A stretch of 57,473 bases of DNA from Octopus sinensis (lineage: Eukaryota), in the NCBI RefSeq assembly GCF_006345805.1, contig NW_021835249.1, positions 1-57,473 of the forward strand. Direction: 5' to 3'. A program made the position numbers and the translations under genes. Positions 13,430 to 26,217 of the stretch are shown here, in pieces (the stretch's first letter is position 1; every line of letters begins with the position of its first letter). The notes below the pieces were generated by a model. It did not search any database and was not told where the DNA came from. It saw only the letters and a program-made list of their open reading frames with translations.

Positions 13430-13467
13430 TACCCGTATATAACATATACGGGTACCAGTTAGCTAGT
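13430..13467 (+). mobile_element. Candidate Helitron 3' terminus
   Basis: 11-bp perfect hairpin tacccgtatat-aac-atatacgggta (13430-13454) followed 8 nt later by CTAG (13463-66) and then T. Confidence 0.5.
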
Positions 13468-13552
13468 TTGTTGTTGTATGTGTGAGAGAGCCTGTGATCA
13501 AGTACAATTCACAGCTGCGAAGTTATCATATGATCTCTTATACATACAAAAG

Positions 13553-13589
<37 letters not shown>

Positions 13590-14023
13590 ATACACATGTA
13601 TATATAATGCAAAAGTGCATATATAATTATATATATATACACGCGTATAGAGATTGTATGCAGTCCTACACATACGAACGTATACAGACACATACATGCA
13701 AACGTACATGTATAGACACAAACATACAGTATGTAAATACATACGCAGATATATATATTATATATATATACATATAGGCACACACGCATATGTATATGAG
13801 TGTATATCTATCTATGTATATATAGATGCGTTTGCGTATAGATGTATATATACATAAGCAGAGGTAGACACCCACTCACACACGGATGAATATCATATAT
13901 ATATATATTTATTTACACACACATACATACATACATACTTACATACATATATATGTATATATATACGCATATGTATATGTATAAATATATATGTGTATGT
14001 ATGCATGTATATATATATATATC

Positions 14024-14488
14024 CTTTTATTCTTTTATTTGTTTCAGGTATTTGACTGCGGCCATGCTAGAGCACCACCTTGAATGTTTTTTTTTGTTTG
14101 TTTTTAGTCGAACAAATCGACCCCAATATATTTTTAAAGCCTAGTACTTATTCTATCGGTCTCTTTTGCCAAACCGCTAATGATACGGGGACGTAAACAC
14201 ACCAACACAAGTTATGAAGCGCCAATGGGGTGACAAACACAGACATAGAGACACACAAACAAGCACACACAGAAATATATACACGCTTACATGCATATAT
14301 ATATGCATATATATGTGTGTGTGTGTGTACGACAGGCTTCTTTTAGTTTCCGTCTTCGAAAACCACTCACAAGTCTTTGGATAGCTCGAGCCTATAGTAG
14401 GAGAAACTCGTCCAAGGTGGCACGCAGTGGGACTGAACCTAGAAACATGTGGTTGGGAAGCAACCTTTTTACCGCAAAGCCACGCATG
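14024..14488 (-). mobile_element. SINE family A, full length, diverged
   Basis: Reverse-complement match to the family consensus. Confidence 0.9.
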
Positions 14489-14568
14489 CGTACGTGTGTA
14501 TATCATAAATATATTATATAATGTACTCACACGTGCACTTATATAACGCGTATATATATATATATCTT

Positions 14569-14608
<40 letters not shown>

Positions 14609-14886
14609 TATGCTTATATCTCTATGTGCGTCTATGTTTATTTAGTGTGTGTGTGGGGGGATGCTGTAATATTTGTATCTTCTGTTTGTATATACATTCT
14701 TGTAATTTGTATTTTTTTTTTTGTTGTTTTTTGCTTTGTTCTAATTTTGTTCATGTGTTTACATCCACCCATTATTATCATTACATATGCTTGTATGTAT
14801 GTATAACAACAATATTAGTAATAATAATAATAAATCTAATCGAAAAAAAAAATATATATATATACACACATACACACACATATACC

Positions 14887-14920
<34 letters not shown>

Positions 14921-14961
14921 CTATATATATATATAATATATATATATATATAATATATATA

Positions 14962-15012
<51 letters not shown>

Positions 15013-15084
15013 ATATATACAGATATATATTACATATATATAGTTATTCATTTCTATTTGTTATTTATCTGTGTATTTATTATG

Positions 15085-15720
15085 TTTTCAAGATCCTCTA
15101 TCGTCATATGTTGTGGTGTGTGCTATTGCTCCATTCTAGTTTTCTATTCAGGCTAGGTTTATTTTATATTATATGTGTAGCTTCTGTAATGTTAATTGTT
15201 TTTGTTGCATCTTTCTATGTGTGACAATATCTTAATCTCTATGTTATTGATTGATCCCCGTGTTCCTGTTCGGCGTGTTGGTACAGAATCGTGAGCTTTT
15301 ACCTTCCTTGAGTGTTGTCCAATGTTCATTCACCCGCTCTCCTAGGCTTCTTGCTGTTTTCACCAACGTATGTTACGGTCTTGTTACTGCATCGTCCCTC
15401 TATACATCTTATACTATAGACTACATTTCTGGCTTTACAGTTTGTTTGTGGGCTAAATCTACATACAGTGCAATAGTTATCCGTACAGAGGGTTCTACTA
15501 AAAGGATAGGTTCTACCAATTATAGATTTGATAGGGTTGCCTGGCTTTTCAACAACCTTAATTCTTAGTTTATGTTTATCTAGGGTCCCTCTAAAGCGGT
15601 ACGCCAGTTCACCTCCAGGGGTGGTGTCAACGAACATGACACTCTGGTATTTATGGCTATCATACCAAGAGTTGGCCTTCACTATTTTCTTTTTTGTCCT
15701 TTCTATAGTGTTCCATGACT
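15085..15720 (-). mobile_element. Penelope-like element 3' fragment with GIY-YIG endonuclease
   Basis: ORF 15326-15682 has LCTDNYCTVC..CKARNVVYSIRCIEGRC..YVGENSK (CCHH zinc motif plus GIY-YIG: VVYSIRC/YVGE). Downstream frames give ITEATHI..PSLNRKLEW. Confidence 0.88.
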
Positions 15721-15785
15721 ATAGGAACAAGTCATTGAACACTATAGAAAGGACAAAAAAGAAAATAGGGAAGGCCAACTCTTGG
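15665..15785. repeat. 56-bp near-perfect inverted repeat (foldback) with 9-nt loop
   Basis: Arms 15665-15720 and 15730-15785 differ at only 2 positions. Confidence 0.97.
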
Positions 15786-16082
15786 GCAAGTGTCTACTAC
15801 TATAGCCTCGGGCCGACCAAAGCCTTGTGAGTGGATTTGGTAGACGGAAACTGAAAGAAGCCCTTCGTATATATGTATATATATGTATGTACGTGTGTGT
15901 ATATGTTTGTGTATCTGTGTTTGTCCCCCTAGCATCGCTTGACAACCGATAGTGATGTGTTTACGTGCCCGTAACTTAGCTATTCGGCAAAGAATAAGTC
16001 CTGGGATCGATTGCTCGACTAACGGCGGTGCTCCAGCATGGTCGCAGTCAGATGGCTGAAAAAAGTAAAAGAGTCAAAGAGT
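15781..16082 (+). mobile_element. SINE family A, 5'-truncated
   Basis: Begins at cttgggcaagtgtc, overlapping the foldback arm end by cttgg. Confidence 0.92.
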
Positions 16083-16117
16083 ATACATACAAACATACAT
16101 TCCTACACATTTCCATA

Positions 16118-16436
16118 CTATCGTGAATGACCATGGGATTGCACCTAGAAAGTTCCCCTCCGAGGCACAAGTCCGAGCAAGGTTGTCTGACAGTTGCCTA
16201 TGTATATTAAACCCCCACCTCACCATGCCACTGATGTTATCCAAGGGAAAAGCAAAGGGGCCGATACAGCTTGGCACCAGTGACGTCACAACTCATTTCT
16301 ACAGATTAGTGAACTCGAGTAACGTGAAATAAAGTGTCTTGCTCAGGGACACAACATACAGCCCGGCCCTGGAATCGAACTCACTACCTCGTGATTGTGA
16401 GCCCGACGCTCTAACCACTGATCCACGCGCTTTCAC
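16118..16436 (-). mobile_element. tRNA-derived SINE family C
   Basis: Minus strand has the A box tggatcagtgg, B box gagttcgattcc, and gtgtccctgagcaagacacttta conserved central domain. Confidence 0.85.
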
Positions 16437-16585
16437 ATACAATCATACGTACATACAAACACACATACATACATATATACACACAAGCATACATACACAC
16501 ACACACATGTTATATACATACATGCACTGACACTGATACTCATATACTCACACATACATAACACCATTTTGCTCTTCCTCTAATA

Positions 16586-16834
16586 TATTTCTTTACTGCC
16601 CACAAGGGGCTAAACATAGAGGGGACAAACAAGGACAGACGAAGGGAGTAATTCGATTATATCGCCCCCAGTGCGAAACTGGCACTTTATTTATCGACCC
16701 CGAAAGGTTGAAATGCAAAGTTGACCTCGGCGGAATTTGAACTCAGAACGTAACGACAGACGAAATACCACTAAGCACTCCGCCTGGCGTGCTAACGTGT
16801 CTGCCAGCTCACCACCTTAGCCAGCTCGCCGCCC
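16586..16834 (-). mobile_element. SINE family B1, full length, with duplicated 5' tip and 12-bp TSD
   Basis: TSD cttcctctaata (16574-85) / cttcctcaaata (16835-46). Confidence 0.92.
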
Positions 16835-16999
16835 CTTCCTCAAATACTCCCAATGTTTGTCTTCCTTATCTTACTCTGTTCTGTTTATTTTCATCTGTAA
16901 AAGACTATTCAACACAATTTCACTCTGCCATTACCATTTCCATTATTTCTTCCGTTCGCCATGTTGTCTTCCCTGGAACGACGCTGCTTTCTCACTTTC

Positions 17000-18400
17000 T
17001 TCTTTTTTTCGTCTGTTTACAGCCTTGATGCTGGACCATTGTACGAAACGTGCAGATCTTTGTTCGTTATTCTCGTGTTTTCGTTCTTCTTTTGTTTTTC
17101 TCGGGACAAATGCTCCTTGGATATTGTATATTAGTAGAAGGAATTAGAGGAAATTAAACATGTGATTATGTAAAACACTTGTTTTTAATGCATTCGAAGC
17201 ATTCGAAAGGATTTTAGTTGTCCATTAAACGTGATTTAGTGTATGCATAAATAAGAGTTATTAAATACAAAGGTGACGAAAGCAGAAAATAAAATATGTG
17301 AAAGTAAAGCTTTAGAGTCGTGTAGAAAGTGAATATGTGTATATAATTCAATGTACTTATCGAAAACACACAAAAACTGACTTGAAATGTCTAAGGAAGA
17401 ACTCCATTTAAAAAACAGAAAAAAAGTAAGAAAGGAAGATTAACGCAAATTGATATTTAAAGGAAAAATTGAGGCTGAGACATTGAATTGAAGCAGTTAT
17501 AAGTGATAATATGGTTTTGAAAGTTGAGTGAAATTAGTTTAATATTGGATTTAATGTGCAAGGAAAATAAATTTACTAATAGCCGATAATGTTCGTAGCT
17601 TGTAGCGATAATCAATTTATGTATGGAAATTTATTTAAAGTAGAGTTGTTTTAGTTATATTTTAAGGGGGAATTTGTTTTATGTTCTGCAAATTTAATAA
17701 ATGGTAAACGTGAGTGATAGAAGAAGTGGGACGATGTAAATAATTGGTTAAGTTTTATAAATTGCTACAAGTTATGGTAAGTAGATTATGGGTTTTTTAC
17801 CATATAAATCAAATAAAATGCGTTGCAAGGGGAGAACTATGGGGGGAGAACGAGGGAAATAATATAAAGGGGTAATAAAAATGGGGTAAAAAAAAGGTAA
17901 TAGATAATAGAGAAACAAGTGTTATTGGTGATATAAAGCAAGGTAGAAAAAAAAGTTAACTACTCAAGCAGTCGAGAATTCAATATTGATATGATGATAG
18001 GATATAATAAAAGTTATGGTGTGTAAGATTATAATTTTAATGTGCGTATATAATTAATGCATGTATATATTAAGGAAATTAATGCAAGGACCAGAAAGAA
18101 ATTTATGTTTTCAAAGCTATAATTGATGTTACAGGGAATAATTTACATAAATAAGGTTTTTAGTGGTTTCTTCAGATTATAGTGCTAGCAAGATTGAATA
18201 TTGATTTACTTTTAAGAGGAGGTTTGTGTCTTAGGATTGTCGTTGATGGATTATGACAGCAAGGCTGTTGTTTTAAAGACCATGTTCTTATAACGTAGAG
18301 CGATTATAAATAACCAGCACTCTTTATATATTATAATTGTGAGTTCTCTGGAAATGAACTTGTTGTGAAGAGGTTGCTGGGTGTAAATGTTGGATTTCTC
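17000..18400 (-). mobile_element. Highly decayed AT-rich LINE, possibly a Penelope-type reverse transcriptase
   Basis: Only weak residue-level resemblance after many stops; the strand-asymmetric composition is typical of old PLE remnants. No intact motif. Confidence 0.3.
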
Positions 18401-18424
18401 TCGTGAGTGGAAAGATTTATTTTC

Positions 18425-18800
18425 TTAGTAATAATGGTTTCAAATTTTGGTGCACGGCCAACAATTTTAAGGGATTACATCGACCCCAGTGCCTGGTACT
18501 TATTTCATCAACCTCGAAGAATGAAAGGCAAAGTCAGCTTCGGTGAAATTCGAACTCAAAACATAAAAACGGACGAAATTCTTCTAAGCGCTTTGCTCGG
18601 CGTGCCAGGGATTCTGCGAGCTCGCCGCTTTCTAAATGCAGAAAATATTAGCTCCAAATTTTGGTAGAAAAATTTCAGGGGAGGGGTAAATCGATTACAT
18701 CGACCACAGTATATAACTAGTACATATTTTATCGACTCCAAAAGAGTAAAATGCAAAGTCGATCTCGGTGGAATTCGAACTCAAAACGTAAAGAGCCGGA
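18425..18800 (-). mobile_element. Two degenerate SINE family B2 copies in tandem
   Basis: gattacatcgacc..ggtact..aaagtcga..ggaattcgaactcaaaac at ~18470-18570 and ~18690-18800. Confidence 0.8.
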
Positions 18801-19499
18801 ATTATTTTGTCTCTGTGTGTGATAAGATGTAGTGAAGGAGAATTTCTTATCGCCCAAGTTGCCGCTGAGACGAAGACGTGTTCAGGCCGTGGAGAAATTT
18901 TATTTTGTTTCATTGACTCAATTCCTGTTGAATGTCAAGACATATAGTATAATACAGAGCTCATAGGATAAATTAAAATTTGCAGTTTGTCTATTTTCCT
19001 GCAGTTGATCACGCCAATAAAGCAGTGAAAATCGTACAGTTGCGAGTATATTTCATAAACCGATAATTTTAAATTCAATTATAATGTCTGAGGAAGTGAA
19101 TGAGCTCTAAATTCATTACATAAGAAGCATAGCTTTGTACGAAATATGAAATAAATGATGATCGTTATCAGAAACGCACGTAACATTGATTTGACTCGTC
19201 TTTTCTTCAATGAAAATTTTTATTATTCACTCTGACAATACTTTTCAGTGCAGAGATTTTGAATTGAAAGGATACAATTCAATAATTTTTAATTGTATTA
19301 AAGTACATCTTTTTTAAATTAAGTTTTTCTTTTAATGTTTATCTCATGAGTGTTTGTGGTGGTTTGTATACAGCATGAATATGCAAACATATTGACAAGG
19401 TAAAATATGTTTGAATATGTGTTTACAGATTGTGATAAAGTATATGTGTGTAATATTGGAAAATAATTTATGGATATGTTTGTGTATGTAGTTCCGCAT

Positions 19500-19534
19500 A
19501 GGATTGTGCATGAGTGTGTGTGTATGTGTGTATG

Positions 19535-19618
<84 letters not shown>

Positions 19619-19715
19619 CAAATCTCTCTCTCTCTCTATATATATATATGCATATATGTATGTATGTATATATATATATACATACATATGCATATATACA
19701 TACATACATATATGC

Positions 19716-19748
<33 letters not shown>

Positions 19749-19794
19749 ATATATACATATAAATATATATATGTATGTGTGTGTATGTATATAT

Positions 19795-19829
<35 letters not shown>

Positions 19830-19875
19830 GCATATATGTATGTAGTATATATATATATATTATACATGCATATAA
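19500..19875. repeat. (TCTA)n/(TA)n microsatellites
   Basis: Directly visible. Confidence 0.95.
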
Positions 19876-20224
19876 ATTACAGGCATTAAATACAGGCATG
19901 TGTATAATACAACACGCAAGCACATATACAGGCGTATACATAGGCATATATTTGACACATTCAAATAAGCGCAAACACTATTCTAAAAAAAAGGCAACAT
20001 ATATCAAGCACCCCCACACACACACACACACCCACACATCTATAAACACACACGAATGAGAATACAATCGGAGACATCCACAACAAATGAATCCAAAAAT
20101 ATTTAAAAACAAAAAAAAAACAGACTAATTAAGTCAAATTTTCTGACGTAAAAATCAACATTATCATCTCATTGGTTTGGAGTTTATTATTATTGATTAT
20201 CGTTAGCACCTGTACCACCTGTAC

Positions 20225-21620
20225 TACCAGCACCACCAGCACCAACATCACCACCACCACCACCACCACCACCACCACCACCACTACCACCACCACCACC
20301 ACCACCACCACCACCAAACCACCTCACCACCACCTCCACCACCACCACCCCACCACCACCACCACCACCACCAACCACCACCACCACCAACCACCACCAC
20401 CACCACCACCACCACACCACCACCACCACCACCACCACCACCACACCACCACACCACCACCCCACATCACCACCACCACCACACCACCACTACTACCACC
20501 ACACCACCACCACCACCCCACCACCACCACCACCACCACCTCCACCACCACCTCCACCACCACCCCACCACCACCCACCACCACCACCACCACCACCACC
20601 CACTCCTCCACACCACCACCCCAACACCACCACCACCCACCACCACCACCCACCACCACCTCCTCCACCACCACCACCACCACCAACCACCACCTCCACC
20701 ACCACCTCCACCACCACCACCACCACCACCACCACCACCACCACACCACCACCACACCACCTCCACCACCACCTCCACCACCACCACCACCACCACCACC
20801 ACACCACCCACACCACACCACCACCACCACCACCACCACCACCACCTCCACCACCACCACCACCACCACCACCACCCCACCACCACACCCCACCACCCCC
20901 ACCACCACCACCACCACCACCACCTCCACCACCACCTCCACCACCACCACCACCACCACCACCACCACCACCACCACCACCTCCACCACCACCACCACCA
21001 CCACCACCTCCACCACCACCACCACACCTCCACCACCACCTCCACCACACCACCTCCACCACCACCACCACCACCACCACCACCACCACCCCACCACCAC
21101 CACCACCACCACCACCACCACCACACCACACACCACTACCAACGTCATCACCATCAACATCATCATCATCATCACCAAAGTCGCCGCCGCCGCCACCGCC
21201 GCCGCCACCGCCGCCGCCACCGCCGCCGCCACCGCCGCCGCCACCGCCGCCACCACCACCACCACCACCACCACCAACTACAACAATAACGGCACCACCG
21301 CAACCATCATCACCGGCGCCACCGCTGTCACCACTACCACCATCATCATCATCAGCGCTACCACCATCATCATCATCATCATCAGCGCTACCACCACAGC
21401 CACAGCGATCAATACTCTTTTTTTCATCATCATCAGCTGCTGCACAGCATGAAAGCCATCACCACCGCCGCCGCCGCCGCCGCCGCCACCCATACAAAGA
21501 TCACTATCATCAACATTACCTTAATTACCATCAATCGCAATTATCATCGTCATCATCACTATCCTCATCTTTATCGTCGACGTCGTCGTCGTCATCATCA
21601 TAATCATCATCATCATCATT
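20225..21620. repeat. Large (ACC)n microsatellite grading into (GCC)n/(ATC)n
   Basis: Directly visible; explains the poly-Thr/His/Pro and poly-Gly/Val/Trp ORFs. Confidence 0.95.
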
Positions 21621-21806
21621 TTTTAATATATCTTTTAATGATTATTGTGTTTATTATATTTATATATTTCATAAATCTTTCATTTTTTCTATCGTTCTAC
21701 GTGTATGTGCATGCGTGATTATGTATGCACAAATCTGGTTGTATTTATGTGTGTGTGTGTGTATCTTTATATACATATACATATATATGTATGTATATGT
21801 ATATAA

Positions 21807-21842
<36 letters not shown>

Positions 21843-21894
21843 CATACATATATATATATATATGTGTATGTGTGTATGTATGTATGTATGTATG

Positions 21895-21969
<75 letters not shown>

Positions 21970-22007
21970 CATGTATATATATTTTTTTTATAATTTCTTT
22001 ATTTGTG

Positions 22008-22136
22008 AATAAGGCTGGCATTCTATCGGTGTGTTTTGCCGAACCGCTAAGTTACGGAGACATAAACACTCCAACATCGGTTGCTAAGTGATTGGGAGAG
22101 GAGTGAGAAATACAGACACAAAGACACACACATAGG

Positions 22137-22211
<75 letters not shown>

Positions 22212-22372
22212 GACGATCTTCTTTCAGTTTCCGCCTTCCAAATCCGCTCACAGGGCTTTTGTCGGCTCGAGGCTATTGCAGACGACACTTGCCCAAAGTA
22301 CCACGGAGTGGGACTGAAACCGGAACCATGTGGTTGGGAAGCAAGTTTGTTACCATACAGCCATGCCTGCGC
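22008..22372 (-). mobile_element. SINE family A, 3'-truncated, with internal (TA)n expansion
   Basis: Reverse-complement match from attctatcggt to catacagccatgcctgcgc. Confidence 0.9.
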
Positions 22373-22515
22373 TTATATCTATTATCAATATTATTTAATA
22401 TCAATATTTTATTAAGTAATATAATATTAAAGATTTATTAATCCAAAAGTATATTGTGGGTAAATAATCTTATAATAAATTTTATTTAATTTCCATTATA
22501 ATATATTATAATTCT

Positions 22516-22797
22516 GTGGAACGCCATGGCCCAGTGGTTAGGGCAGCGAACTCGCGGTTTTAGGATCGTGGTTTCGATTCCCCGACCGGGCGTTGTGAGT
22601 ATCTATAGAGCGAAAACGCCTAAAGCTCCAGGGGTGGGGTGGCGATCCCTGCTGTACTCTTTCGCCACAACTCTCTTTCTTCTGTTGGCCTGCTTTCTTA
22701 GCCAGTGGGGTAGCGTCATTTGAAGGCATAAAACTATGCGAAGCGCATTGTGATCAGCGGTGTGTAGCAACATCTGATAACCTGGTCGATCACGGTG
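22516..22797 (+). mobile_element. tRNA-derived SINE family D, full length with exact 13-bp TSD
   Basis: A box tggcccagtgg, B box ggtttcgattccc; TSD atattataattct at 22503-22515 and 22798-22810. Confidence 0.93.
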
Positions 22798-22811
22798 ATA
22801 TTATAATTCTA

Positions 22812-24009
22812 TATTAGCAATAATTATTTTAAATAGTCAGCAGACTTTATATTTGTAAACATCATAATTATTATTATGCTATTTTTGTTTAGAGATGGAT
22901 ATGTCAGAAATTCGTACAGTTTTGAAATACAGTTTTGAGTTCCTTCTTGGAAATACAGCATCACAGACAGCTTGGAATATTAATGGAATATTTAACTGTA
23001 ATGTTATTACACAGCAGACAGTATCAAATTGGTTTGCAAAATTTCTTCCTGGTAAATTTGACCTCGTACATGAGCAACGCGGTCGACCAGACACAAAGGT
23101 GGATAATGACGAACTGAAAGCCACCGTCAAGTCAGATCCATCTCAAAGTGCCCGTGAATTATCGTTGTTGTTTGCTGTTGGCAAGCAAACAATTTTGACT
23201 CACCTAGTTCAAATCGGTTGAGTGAAAAAGTTGGTTAAGTGGGTTCCACACGAATTCAATGAAAATCAGAAACAGCAATGTTTGGAAGCCTGCATTAGGA
23301 TACATTTTCGTCACCACAGTGAATCATTTTTGAATCGAATTGTAACATATGATGAGAAATGGATCCAATACAACCACCGTAAACGTTCAGCACAATGGTT
23401 GGACAAAGACGAGCCACCAAAACATAGTCCAAAAAGCAAATTTCATCAAAATGATGGTGTGTGTTTGGTGGTCTGGTGTCGGTGTGATCCATTATGATTT
23501 CATTAAACATGGCTCATCAATCACGGCCAAAGTATACTGCAGCCAACAGGACCAACTGATGCAGAAACTTACAAAAAAAAAACCCCCAAAAACAAAGACA
23601 GCCTAGATTAGTCAACAGATCCACGCCTATTTTATTGCAAGACAACACCAGACCACACATCGCAAAAATGACATTGGCGAAACTACAGGAGTTGAAGTTG
23701 GAAGTTCTCCATTATCCACCATAATCACCTGATCATGCCCCCACTGACTACCACTTCTTCCAGAATTTGGATAGCTTTTTGATAGGAAAAAATTCAATTC
23801 CGACGATGCTGTAAAACAGGCCTTCCAAGATTTTATTGACTCTAGATTGCCAGGCTTTTACAGTTCCGGTCTGGACAAGCTATCGCTGAAATGGCAAAAG
23901 TGTATTGACAATATGCGTGCAGACTTTGATGAATAAAACTATTCCTTGTATTTGTAAGACATTGGGAAACTTTTTTTTTTCCACAAATTTCATACTTGAC
24001 GAACTAATA
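22812..24009 (+). mobile_element. Near full-length mariner transposon; DD34D transposase pseudogene (cecropia/Hsmar1-like)
   Basis: Consecutive frames give EIRTVLKYSF..RGRPDTKVDNDELKA..WVPHEF..FLNRIVTYDEKWI..MVCVWWS..LLQDNTRPH..PP*SPDHAPTDYHFFQNLD..KWQKCID. Stop at 23219-21 and several frameshifts. Confidence 0.95.
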
Positions 24010-24014
24010 ATTAG

Positions 24015-24227
24015 GGTTCATCTCAATGGAAGGAGAGGGGCTTTCTCCGTCCGGGTTGCGGATCCGTGAAATAAGCTGCCGGACGAGATGGTGAGGATGC
24101 CGACGACCGCTCGGTTCAAAGTCTCCCTTGACCACCAGTGGCCTGAACTCTTTACATGAACACCACCCTGTACATAACTCCATGTCTCCCTACATGGCCT
24201 TGCTTTTTGCTTTTTGAGCCAAAAAAT

Positions 24228-24266
<39 letters not shown>
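24015..24266 (+). mobile_element. CR1/L2-type LINE 3' end with (TAAC)n tail
   Basis: Encodes RRGAFSVRVADP*NKLPDEMV..FKVSLDHQWPEL, the typical CR1 C-terminus, followed by a short UTR and (TAAC)n at 24229-24266. Confidence 0.8.
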
Positions 24267-24267
<1 letters not shown>

Positions 24268-24670
24268 CCCAGTACATAACTGGTACTTAATTTATTGACT
24301 GCGGCCATGCTGGAGCACTGCCTTTAGTCGAGCAAATCGACCCCAGGACTTATTCTATGTGAGCCTAGTACTTATTCTATCGGTCTCTTTTGCCGAACAG
24401 CTAAGTTACGGGGACGCAAACACACCAGCATCGGTTGTCAAGCGATGATGGGAGGACAAACACAGACACACAAACACACACACACACACACATATATATA
24501 CATATATACGACGGGGCTTCTTTCAGTTTCCGTCTACCGAATCCACTCACAAGGCTTTGGTCGGTCCGAGGCTATAGTAGAAGACACTTGCTCAAGGTGC
24601 CACGCTGTGGAACTGAATCCAGAACCATGTGGCTGGTAAGCAAGCTACTTACCACATAGCCACTCCTGCT

Positions 24671-24672
<2 letters not shown>
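24267..24672 (-). mobile_element. SINE family A (3'-clipped) fused to a ~30-bp SINE-B segment
   Basis: ccccagtacataactggtacttaatttat (family B) runs directly into tgactgcggccatgctggag (family A). Confidence 0.88.
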
Positions 24673-24699
<27 letters not shown>

Positions 24700-24704
<5 letters not shown>

Positions 24705-25510
24705 CAAGGCATAAAAAGTGGTCATTACATATTTTTCTTTATTGTAGTAAATTTGACCTACAGCTGTTTCCAATAATAATTATAGGTTTATTCTCGATAA
24801 GTTTACTCAATTGGCCATTTATTGGTTGAGAAGAATTAAACGACCTAGAAAATTAAGGATCTTTTCGGTTTGAACGGCAGTTTTTAACATAATTTCTAGG
24901 TAACTAAAAAAAATTTAAACTTCGTATACTGGTATACGTTTATAAAACATCTTTTTCTCTTGGCTTTATTGAGAAAATCCTATAGTGTGTAAGATATTTG
25001 TTTTCTGCAATTTGAACCAATCACTGACGTCTACTGAGCTGAAAACATTCTGTGCCGTATGAATATGTCCCTCGTTTAAGAAACAGATTGGGTTTATTTA
25101 CATTTGTGAAGAAAAAAGATACCCTTCCCCCCACTCCTAACCCTAACCCTAACCCTAACTAACCCTAACCCTAGAAAAGATTGAAATGCAATAGATCGAT
25201 ACTAGGGTCATGATTATGGGTAACAATTTCATATGACACTGCTAGAAAAAACTGCCGTTCAAACCGAAAAGATCCAAAATTAAAACTACTTTTGTCACAG
25301 TTATTTCAGAAATGACGAAAATAAGATTAATTTGCTGAGTCGTTTAATTTTCTTTATGTCGTTCAACTTTTCTCAACCAATCAGTGGGCCAATTGAGTAA
25401 ACCGATGAATGATGAATCTATAACGACCACTCGAAACAGCTGTAAGTCAAATTTACTGCAATAAAGAAAAGTTTATATTGACCATTATTTATACGTTGTC
25501 TTGTATATAT
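24700..25510. mobile_element. Older foldback/MITE with ~125-150-bp imperfect TIRs, interrupted by the Merlin-like MITE
   Basis: 24720-24843 (ggtca..tttctttattgtagtaaatttgacctacagctgtttc..tttactcaattggcc..attggttgagaa..aacgac) is the reverse complement of 25357-25483. Confidence 0.8.
24857..25275. mobile_element. Merlin-like MITE (family 1) with perfect 29-bp TIRs, 8-bp TSD and internal (CCCTAA)n
   Basis: TIR ggatcttttcggtttgaacggcagttttt and its reverse complement; TSD aaaattaa at 24849-56 and 25276-83. GG termini with an 8-bp TSD fit Merlin (IS1016-related). Confidence 0.88.
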
Positions 25511-25766
25511 CACTTTGTGTAGAAAAACCAGTATGGGTTTACAATATAGAATGGTGATGAACCATAACCCCGGGCCCTGCCACTGAAGTACGCCAAGATC
25601 TTTACTAATCAATGATATTGTTTGCCATGTGTACTAACAGGGAGCCTATGAAGTATTTTGCCCGAAATGGTAATCCTTTACAAATAACTCCCTCCCTCCT
25701 CCCCCTCTCTCTATCCCTGAATAGATATATTTATATCACATAAATATAGTTGAATGTATATGTATG

Positions 25767-25801
<35 letters not shown>

Positions 25802-25807
<6 letters not shown>

Positions 25808-26159
25808 TATATAGAAGGAGCTTCTACGGACTAGAACTGTTTCATTCAAGAGAAATCTTCAGGAAGCTAGTTAACAAGAATTGTATTGGCATTTATACAT
25901 TTAGGCAGGTTTAAAGGGGTGTTGGTGGGGGACTTTTTTTGGGGTAGGCATAGCGCAAAAAATCATACTTGGGGGTGGTCAAGGAGTCAGTGTTAAATTA
26001 GATAGGAGAATAAATAAAAAATAAAAATAAAAATAAAAAATAAAAAATAAAATAAAAAATAAAAAATAAAAAATAAAAATAAAAATATAAATATAAATAT
26101 ATCAAATAAAAATAAAAAATAAAAAATAGAAAATAAAAAAATATAAAAAAATAAAAAAT

Positions 26160-26190
<31 letters not shown>

Positions 26191-26217
26191 AATATATATA
26201 TATATATATATATATAA
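25802..26217 (-). repeat. Left arm of a ~400-bp inverted repeat (Penelope pLTR or retrozyme-like unit)
   Basis: Reverse complement of ~27150-27587, including the (AAAAAT)n tract. Confidence 0.93.
25819..25868 (-). ncRNA. Type I hammerhead ribozyme-like motif (copy 1)
   Basis: Minus strand: agcttc-CUGAAGA-tttc tctt gaat-GAAA-cag ttctagtc c.g-UA-gaagct. Stem I is 6 bp; the stem II closing pair is U:U; stem III lacks one base relative to copy 2. Confidence 0.65.

Noticed and set aside
19005-19045. Micro-exon candidate after ttttcctgcag (DHANKAVKIVQLR)
   Set aside because: The donor (GTATAT) is weak and the stretch is too short to distinguish from chance.
20172-21452. 426-aa mucin-like Thr/His/Pro ORF with a hydrophobic leader
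   Set aside because: TTG start; pure (ACC)n slippage switches the encoded residue between T, H and P; no splice or codon evidence.
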